Shown here: positions 52,395-61,685 of the stretch, one piece after another
Numbering within the stretch: position 1 is the stretch's first letter
How the letters are laid out: the number at the start of each line of letters is the position of its first letter
Assembly (NCBI GenBank): GCA_001643675.2
Contig: LSRY02000003.1
Span: forward strand, 2,294,001 to 2,358,000
Source of the DNA: Monocercomonoides exilis PA203
Taxonomy: Eukaryota > Protista > Preaxostyla
Length of the DNA stretch: 64,000 nucleotides
Reading direction: 5' to 3'
The notes under the pieces: model-generated
Told to the model about the DNA's origin: nothing
Database searches by the model: none
Seen by the model: the letters and a program-made list of their open reading frames with translations, nothing else
Program-made: the position numbers and the translations under genes

Positions 52395-54684
52395 CTCCAA
52401 CCTATCCCTCTCCATCCATTCAACCATCTTCCTCCACACCCACAATCCCATCGATGGTGCCATCCTTCCCAACCTCAACAGCTAGTTCACTTCTCTCTCT
52501 GCCTTCAATGCCTCTTTCCTTCATCAAACACGATCTTCATCAAATGCTCCTGTGGTACATGTGGGAACGGAATCTCAAAGAGCGAAACCTGGAAGATTGA
52601 TTTCATTCGATTTAAACAGCCATCGCTTCGAATGGTGCGAATGGGAAAACACAACTGGAGGGCCAGATCGAGGAGGAGCGCTTTATGTGGATTGCGCAAA
52701 TGCTAATCTTGCAATCATATCGTGTTCATTCAACAATTGCTCATGCAATTGGGATGGCGGAGCATTGTTTTGTAATGGTTCGTTGAAGTTAACCATCATG
52801 CAGTCCAATTTCACAAGTTGTTCGGCTAAATATGGAGGAGCAGTCACCTCATGGAATCCACAATCTAATTCTGTTTGGACATTCTCTGAAAACCGAGCGG
52901 AAAGCTGTTCAATAACAAATTGGTGCGGAACTGGTTGGTATTTTCATGTATATGATATGCCATCAAATGCTCAATTCCTGTTCACAAAATGCAAGTGCAT
53001 CTCAAATTCTGGTGGTGATTCTGCTGGTTCTCTCACATTCAATTGGCCTCCACAAAATAAACCAAATCAATTTTTGGTTAATGATTGCCAATTCATAAAC
53101 AACAAATTGACAAGTTCATCAACTTCCAATGGTGGTGCCGCGCTGTGCTGCACAAGAACATATGATTGGATGAATGGAGTAAAATTCATCACATTCTGTT
53201 TCTTCGATGGCAACACAGCAACAAATGGCAGAGGAAACGATGTGTTCTTCAGTGGAAGCAGCATCATTCAATCTCCATTTGAGAATTGTGGCTCAACAAC
53301 TTTAACAAAAAGAGTGTATAATAATGGACAAGCTGATAATACCGTGTACAATGGTTGGCTTCCAATCATCAACCAGAACAAAATAGTTTCAAATGGTGGA
53401 AGTGATGCTGATGCCTGTGGCAAAACACAGCAAAGCCCCTGTGCCACAGTGGAGTATGCCCTCGGATGCGTTGCTCCCTTCAGCGATGCCTCCCTCTCCC
53501 TTCTCGTCTCCACTTTCACTCCCACAAAGACTCTCACATTTCGTGCTCCAAATACAAAAATCACTGGAAATGGAACAACTTCCACCATCATCGCCTCCAG
53601 TGGCATTCTCCAGCCATCAAACTCACATTCACACTCATCACAATCAACATCATCTCTTTCATCCTTGTCATCATCATCAACATCTTCTTCACCAGATCCA
53701 TCTGCCTCGTCTGCCCTCTTCCAACAGACCCAAGGCTCCCTCACAGTCTCTGCCCTCGCCATTGCCCACAACTCCACAAATCAAATCACCCCCATCCTCT
53801 TCCACCTCTCCGGTAACTCCCCTTCCCTCAACCTCAACACAACCACCATCACAGGAACAACCTCCATAACAATCACAACCCCCCTCTTCTTCCTCACTGC
53901 TGGCTCCCTCGCCCTCAACCACACAGCAATCACCAGTCTCCCCCTCAACAGCCAAAGCATCTTCCACCTCACCTCCCTCACAGCTCCCCTCGCTCTCAAC
54001 TCCTCCAACATCACCGACATCACCTCCACTGCCACCCCCACCAGCTGTGTTCTCTCCTCTGCCACCTCCCCTGCCCTCTCCCTCTCCCTCGCCAACTGCA
54101 CCATCACCAACATCAACTCAGCTCCGCAAAACCAACAGACTGCCACCAATGGCGGGTGCATCTCATTCGCCTCATCTGCTCCTGCCAACACATTTTCGGT
54201 GAGTGACACCACCTTCTCCACCTGCTCTGTGAGCGAGGATACAAGTTCTGGAGGAAGAGGCGGTGCTCTCATGGTTGAGTTCAATGAAGGCTCACAAGTG
54301 TCAGAATCCTCCTTTTCCATCGCCAACATCGTGTTTTCAGCCAACAAGGCCAGTGTCGGAAGAGATATGTATTTTGTGTGTGAATCATTTGTCGCTTCCG
54401 TGAAGGAACCCTTGTTCGCCTTCATGAGAAGCATCACTCAGAAAGACAACTCGGCTGTTGGACATGACAGAACAGAAGCATTCGGTGATTGGAATGTCGA
54501 TTTGTTTATATTTCTCAACGGGCATGCAGCTGACAATGAATATGTGAATGATCATCTTGGCATCAAAGCAATGAATTGCTGGCTATCAAAGATGCCCCGC
54601 AAGAGCACACGCAATGCGATGGGTCTTCTGAAGAAGGTGCAGATCATAAGGCAGAAATCATTTCATCAGCTGACTTGTCGGTGA
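52395..54684 (+). pseudogene. Beta-helix surface protein family, copy 9 (5'-truncated; only copy with the long C-terminal region)
   Basis: HTHNPIDG block followed by an in-frame TAG at 52483. ORF 52552-54684 holds the core, the DACGKTQQSPC domain and further beta-helix (NGGCI, GRGGAL, FSANKASVGRDMY). Confidence 0.8.
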
Positions 54685-57654
54685 AAATATGCGCAAATGA
54701 ATGCAAAGTCGAAGATATTTGAAGAGGAGGCACAAACACAAAAAATAAGAAATTGACTCAGAAACATTTTTGATGGATTAATCATCACATATCTGCTGTA
54801 TATTTGGCTGTTTCATAGAATTTTCTGTTAAATATGCCTTTTCAAATAAATATGTTTCCTTTATCGTCTCATCTTTGATCGCATGTTGAAGGCTCGTAAC
54901 ATTGTCAAAATCTGAAGAACATCCAATATGACAAAATAGTTATATTTTTTATTTAACGCCATCTGACAGACTTTTTCTTGGCTAAATATAGAATCATTTC
55001 GTTGCTGTGTTAGGCCTGGCTGAAATTCAATACAAGAATGAATTTTCATTTTGCGATTATGAATAGAAAATTGATGACAATGTTTGACTTCGAATTCCAC
55101 GGGAGATGCATCAGAAGAAAATTGTAACATTTTTGTTGCTCCTTGAAGAAGGCGCTGAAGAAGAACATAACGAGAATGAAAAGATTGATATTGACCCAAA
55201 TAGACTTTTCACCACAAATAACATGTATGGAAATACAAATCATTCAGTTATTGATATGTTGAGAGGAGGAAATGCAAATGAAGCTATTTTTTGCTCATGT
55301 GGTATTTCTGCTCACAGAAAATGCTTAATATTTCCGAATGAGGATGCTCTGCCCCAATGTCAAGCGAGAGAAATACAATAAAAATTTAGAATAAAGTGAA
55401 GAAGAAGAAGGAAAAAGCGAAGAAGAAGGTGAAGAAGAAGGTGAAGAAGAAGGTGAAGAAGAAGGTGAAGAAGAAGGTGAAGAAGAAGGTGAAGAAGAAG
55501 GTGAAGAAGAAGGTGAAGAAGAAGAAGAAGATGCAGTTGAGAAATGAGAAAACAGTCGAACAATATTTATGATGTTGAGAATAATTTGTATGAAGTCGTT
55601 GATTGGCCGAAATGTTTCATTTAATGCATTCACTTCAGATTGGCCAGAAAAACTCAATCACAATATTTGTGACGAACAGATTGGATAAATCAATCTTGCT
55701 GTATATTCACAACTTCAGTTCACTTTCTTTCTGTGATTTCCCCTCTTTTCCCCTCAAAAATAGAAAATGTTGATTTTTCTCAATTTCCATTCCCTTCTTC
55801 CATTCAGCACACAAAATACTCAGAAAATATCAATCCCCTCCTTTTCTTCATCTTTCCCTGTCTCTTCCATAAAACATTCTTCTCCTCTCATAAAAGTTAC
55901 CCCCTTTTCATATGAACATTTCTCAATTTCCCTCTTCTTTCAAGCTTTTGCCCTCTTTTCTTTCTCTTCAAAATCCATTTCCCCCATCAACAATCCGTCC
56001 TCTTTCATCATCCCCAGTCACTTCTCTATATATTTTCTACATTTTCTTCTATAAATCTCCACTTGCTCTTCTCCATCCCTCTGTCTCGGAATTTCTTCCA
56101 TTCAAAAATCATTCTTGAAATATTAACATTCAAAAATATACTCAACTCCTACCCCCTGCCACAAAATTTAAACTTCCATCTCTTCTCTGCCCCATATATC
56201 TCCTGTGCCTGGTGTTGATGAGATAAACGAGATATATTTCTTTTGGCGGTTGAGAATATTATTAAAGGAGATGATCATGCCAAAAACAGAAAAAACACAT
56301 CCTGACAGGCAACACAATGTGTATGGGTTGAGAAGACCCTCCAGTGAGACATACAATGTATTTTGTGGAGGTGCATTCTTTGTTGCATTTTGACCATTCT
56401 GAGACTGAAATAAAGAGATTTATTTTTTGAATGATGATGGCTGTGGAAATGAGTGTGCTTGGCAAAAAACAGTCGAAGCGCAGTTTGGCCTTTATTTATT
56501 TTTCTATATATGAATATTAACATGTTGAATGTTTTTGTGTTGTTTTCAGGGCAGGAGGTGGAAAAGAATGAAAATGAATGAAATGTTTATATCTCGTTGT
56601 GCAGGGTGACTATGGAGTTGGGTGAGCGAATTCATATGGAAAGTGCCCAGGATGAAGGGATTGGGAAGGGAATTGGAGATGATATTTTCAGACGAAAAAC
56701 GGGATATTTTTCAATGATGAGGATGGAATTTGAGCAGAATGCATAAATCTCACATTTTTCAGCAGAGCAATAAATCGATGCATTTGATGGAGAAATGACT
56801 GATGAAAAGGATGATTTGCGAATCAGATGATGAAACACTTGATAAAGGAAGGAATAATGAATTTTTATTGGAGGGAAACAGTTGCCTAGGGGGAAAAGGT
56901 TGGAAAATACTTATAGAAATGGTAAGAAGGTTTGTTGTCGTAATATTTTTGAAGTAATTATTATTATTATTTTTAAGAATGCTGAAAGGATGAGGGATTA
57001 GATCGCTTTGAAGAAGAAAGAGAAAAGTGGGGAAGGAAGAATAAAGACGGACAGATGAAATGCGAGATATTTCGAAGATGGCTTGCATTGTGCTTTGGCG
57101 AAGAATTATTTTTGAGGAAAGATGATTTTTTGTGAAAGAAGAAAAGATGGAATGAAAAAGGAATTGCTCAATATTTCCTATTTTTAGATGGAAAGAGAGA
57201 AAGAGATTGAGCTGAAAGTGAAAAAGTATTCAAAGGTTTCTCCTCTGCAGAAGAAAAAGGGATAGAAGACGAGAATTTCAATGAATTTCTCCGTTGGTAT
57301 TAATTGACACTCAACTTCACAGTTTTCAACAATCAATCGTCTTATTCGATTCTTTCATCATCATCATTACCATCATCTTCTTCTTCCTCTTCTTCAAACA
57401 CATCGTCAACATTTCGCACAGCTTCTTCTTCTTCTTCTTCTTCTTCTTCTTCTTCTTCTTCTCCTTCTTCTTCTTCTTCTTCTCCTTCTTCTTCTTCTTC
57501 TTCTTCTTCTTCTTCTTCTTCTTCTTCTTCTTCTTCTTCTTCTTCTTCTTCTTCTTCTTCTTCTTCTTCTTCTTCTTCTTCAGATACATCATCGACATTT
57601 CGCACAGCTTCTTCTTCTTCTTTATCATCATTCATATTATCTGATTGGATTTCT

Positions 57655-59958
57655 TCAAATTCTGCATCTGCACCAGAGATTAAGAGAGAAATGAAAAGGA
57701 AACAAGGAAATGTATTGATGAAGGAAAAAATAACAAATAAAAATAAGAAAAAGAAAGAGAAAGAAATTCTTGAACAAGGGTTCATGCTTGATGGAAATGA
57801 GATCGAGAGGGTTAAAGAGATTTTTGACAGAAAGGAAGAAGATGCGTGAATGAAAGGAAGAATAAAGGAAAGAAGAGGAGAATGCGGCAGGATGTTGGAT
57901 TTGTGAAGAGATGGAAAGAGAAAGAAATATGAAGAAATGGACTTGGATGAGCAGTGGAAGATGTTTGAGATTCAAAACAAGAAACAAGGGAAGATGATGA
58001 AATGCAGAAGAAATCAAAAATATGTTAAGAGAAGAAAACAGAAAAGGCAAAAATGCTTGGAAAAGAGAAGATAGTGAGAAAGAAATTCCATTGGAAGAAC
58101 ATGAAAAGAAAAGCCAGAGCCTGTCATTTTTCTCAACGTTGTCAGCAGTACCAGCTTTCCACACTCTTTTTGTTGGGGTTGTTGAACCACAATTCTCAAA
58201 CGGAGATTGAGCTATGGAATTACCACTGAAGAACACATCGTTTCCTCTTCCATTTTTGGCAGTGTTTCCATCGAAAAAACAGAATGTGATGAATCTCATA
58301 TTGTTCATCCAAGAGTAAGTTGAATAGAAGAAAATGGCAGCGCCGCCATAAGATGTGGAAGCAGAAAGATTGTTATTAATGAACTGACATACAACGATTG
58401 AAAATTGATTTGGTTTATTATTTGGAGGATATGAAAATGTCAGAGAACCAGCAGAATCTTTTCCAGAATTTGCGATACACCAACATTTGGAAAACAGGAA
58501 TTGGGCATTTGTTGGAGTTCCTTCAAGCGCAAAATACCAGCCAGTTCCACACCAACCTGATATTGAACAATTTTCCACTCTATTTTCTGAGAATACCCAA
58601 ACAGAATTTGATTGTGGCCAAGCTATGCAAGTTGCTCCTCCATGAGCAGCTGAGCAGCTTGTGAAATTGGATTTTGAGATGTCAATTTTCAGCAGGTTAT
58701 CGCAACGCAACGCTCCACCATGATCACCACTCGAACAATTGAAAAATGAACAAGAAGTGATTGTGAGATTTGCATTTGTGCAAACAACTTTAAGTGCACC
58801 TCCATGATCACTACCACCGTTTGAATTATTCCATTCGCACCATTCAAATTGATAGCTGTTCAATTCAGAAAAACCCAACCTTCCAGGTGATTTTCTGTGA
58901 GTTTCATTTCCTTCATATGCAACAGCAGCATTTGATGAAGAGCGTATTTGGTGGAGAAAAGAAACATTGAAGGCAGAGAGAGAAGTGGCAGGGCTGTTGA
59001 GGTTGGGGAGGATGGCGCCATCGATGGGGTTGTGAGTGTGGAGGAAGAGGGATGAGTGGATGGAAAGGGATGAGTGAAGAGAGAAGGAGGGGATTGTATT
59101 GGTGTTGGTGTTGGTGGAAGAGGAATAAGAGGAAGAAGTGGTTGAGGTGAATGGGTTGAGTGAGTGGGAGGGAAGGGATGGAAGAGATGGATGGGATTGG
59201 GGAGATGAGATGTTGGAGAAGAGGGTGTTTGAGAGATGGAGATTGAGGTGGATTTGGAGATGGGGATGGAATTGGTGATGGTTATGGAGAGGGGAAGAGG
59301 AAGAGGAAATGGAAGGGGAAAGGGAAGGGGAAGGGGAAGAAAAAGAAGAGGATGTGGATGAGGATGAGGATGATGAAGGAGAAGGGGAAAGGGAAGGGGA
59401 AGGAGAAGGGGAAGGGGAAGAGAGGGAAGAAGGAGAAAAAAGGAAAGGCTGGACGAGGGAGATGAAGGAGGAGAAAGAGGAGTGGGAGATGGAGAATGAG
59501 GCAGGGATTGGGGAGTGGGCATTATGGAGGAGATTGTTTGGGATGGAGAAGAGGGGGAAGGAGAAGATGGCAGGTTGGTGGGTGGTGAGGGAGAAGTTTG
59601 TGAGGGCGAGGGAGGCATGGGCAGAGAGGAAGAGGGGGCATTGGTGGTGGTGGTGGCTGTTGGTGAGGGAAAGTGGGTGGATGGTGCAAGTGGAGGAGCA
59701 GATGGAGGCAGCTGAGTGGTGCTGGGCAGTGAGGAGTGGACAGCCACTGAGAGGGATGAGGTTGAGATGGGTCACACACAAGGAGGTGTTGATGAGGGCG
59801 AGGCTTGTCTGAGCGCCACAGATGTGATTTCCCGATGCATGTTCCACCTTGTCTGAGTGAGCGCCTCTGATGATGCTGTTTGCGATATTCTCTCCACGAA
59901 CCAGATTTATGGTGAGGAATGCGACGAGTATCTGAGCTAATAACGTGATCCTAATCAT
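57655..59958 (-). CDS. Beta-helix surface protein family, copy 10; only copy with ATG and signal peptide
   Basis: ATG at 59958 starts MIRITLLAQILVAFLTINLVRG, followed by the N-domain, linker and core. After NDR the paralogous TAG is TGG, giving a hydrophobic read-through tail. Confidence 0.8.
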   Translation of the reverse strand: MIRITLLAQILVAFLTINLVRGENIANSIIRGAHSDKVEHASGNHICGAQTSLALINTSLCVTHLNLIPLSGCPLLTAQHHSAASICSSTCTIHPLSLTNSHHHHQCPLFLSAHASLALTNFSLTTHQPAIFSFPLFSIPNNLLHNAHSPIPASFSISHSSFSSFISLVQPFLFSPSSLSSPSPSPSPSLSPSPSSSSSSSTSSSFSSPSPSLSPSISSSSSPLHNHHQFHPHLQIHLNLHLSNTLFSNISSPQSHPSLPSLPSHSLNPFTSTTSSSYSSSTNTNTNTIPSFSLHSSLSIHSSLFLHTHNPIDGAILPNLNSPATSLSAFNVSFLHQIRSSSNAAVAYEGNETHRKSPGRLGFSELNSYQFEWCEWNNSNGGSDHGGALKVVCTNANLTITSCSFFNCSSGDHGGALRCDNLLKIDISKSNFTSCSAAHGGATCIAWPQSNSVWVFSENRVENCSISGWCGTGWYFALEGTPTNAQFLFSKCWCIANSGKDSAGSLTFSYPPNNKPNQFSIVVCQFINNNLSASTSYGGAAIFFYSTYSWMNNMRFITFCFFDGNTAKNGRGNDVFFSGNSIAQSPFENCGSTTPTKRVWKAGTADNVEKNDRLWLFFSCSSNGISFSLSSLFQAFLPFLFSSLNIFLISSAFHHLPLFLVLNLKHLPLLIQVHFFIFLSLSISSQIQHPAAFSSSFLYSSFHSRIFFLSVKNLFNPLDLISIKHEPLFKNFFLFLFLIFICYFFLHQYISLFPFHFSLNLWCRCRI

Positions 59959-61685
59959 TTTTAAACTGTTGTGCAATTTGATTGGAATGAATATGAATGA
60001 AGGCTTAATTGGCGGAGAGGGGAGAGATGCAATGTGAAGTGAAAATCGAAGAGGAAATCTTGTGAATCGTTGATAATTATCTGAAATTATCTTCTTTTGT
60101 GTACATGGACAACTATTTGTATTTCTGTTGCTTTCGTTTCTCTCGTGTGCGCTCAAATTTTTGTTTTAGATGTTAAATAGATTTTTTTTAATCAAAGAGT
60201 TTTCCAATAAAATATTTTGTTTGATGAATTGCATGATATTTTATTTTCACAAATAATACTCAAAGGCATTCTCCATTGACTTGAGAAATGTTAAAAACAA
60301 AATGTATTGGGGAACAATTATGTGAAGAATAATCGCTCTCAAGGTTATCATTCATTTCAATCAACTTTCCAATTTCTGACAAATGATCGATCATGGAAGA
60401 TATATGAGTTCAACCAAACAAAATGAACTGAATTGTTATTTTTCTTTTTGTCATTCAAAAGTCAAAATAAAATAATCTGACATAAGAAAAACACAACTTT
60501 TTTTATTGAAACCAATTTTAAACAAATTGTCCAAAAATGAGAAAAATCAGACATTTTGTTTTTATTACGACCATTCTATCAACTATTAACAAATAATAAT
60601 TATTTCTTTTTTTGAAATTGTTTTTTGTCTTCTTATCCAATTTTCAATTTCCATTTTCACGATTAAAAAACCTCTCTTTCATTCAAATGAAAAAAGAATT
60701 ATATTTCTTAAAATATGGCATTCAAGAAATGGGAGATTGCTTTTGATAAAAATAAACATTTTGTTTATTGTGTGGATTATAGACTTGTTTCAACTTCTGA
60801 AATGTTTCAATTCACAATTGATTCCTCAATGAAAAGATATTGTTTGTAAAAAAAAAAAAAAAGATGAAGTTTGTGAACGATTAATTCCATATGAAAATAT
60901 GACATTGAGTTTAACATCCACCTATTCTCAATTAAAAAAATTTAATAAAGATTCTTCAATAGAAAGTGACTGATTTTCAAAATATCGATCGAAAATAGTG
61001 CTAAGTGGAATAAAGATTTTCTTTTGTTTTTCTTGTTTATTAATCAATAATGTTTCAATCGAAAAGATGAAAATTCAATAAGACTGAACAAGATTATCCA
61101 TTGAATCATAACTGTTCATAATCGCATTGAGTTATGAATTTATTTTTGTGACGATGTCCGATTGTGATTATATTTGATGGTGTTTCATAAAGAAAAAATA
61201 AGATAATTAATGAATATCTAAATAGAATAAGTGCTCGATTTTCAATTGCCAGAACAAATTTGATTGAAAAGAAATATCTTTTTTTCTTTTTTCCACCACA
61301 TTTTTGAGAGATATGCATTTGGAAAATATTTATCAGAAAATCGGTTGTTCAAAGAAAACTCTCACATTCAACATATTTGATTCGATAAAGAATATCTGAC
61401 CATGCTCATCAATTTCCCCGAAATGAAAATGAAAAAGTTACTCAATGTTTGTTCCAAGAAAAATAAAATAATGTAAGATAATTATTTCATCACACGAAAG
61501 AATATCACACTATAACATATTCAATTTTGTTTCAAGAACTAATTGGTGAAAAAATGACGTTGTGGAAATGTCTTCGAAAGAACTCAAATCAAACCGTGCA
61601 ACTGGATCTTCTCAACAAAAAAATTGGAAATCCGAAATATCACCGAATATTTTGTCACTGTTTCTTTCAATGAGTCAGAAAATCA

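Noticed and set aside
56168-56460. Possible decayed kinase-like segment (FWRLRILLKEM) in the spacer, paralog at 22400-22700
   Set aside because: Resemblance is too weak and no other kinase motifs are recognisable. It needs an HMM search on a consensus.
3600-59000. Diversity-generating retroelement or CRISPR-like array
   Set aside because: No reverse transcriptase, no adenine-specific template/variable pair and no repeat-spacer periodicity. Variation is block-wise.
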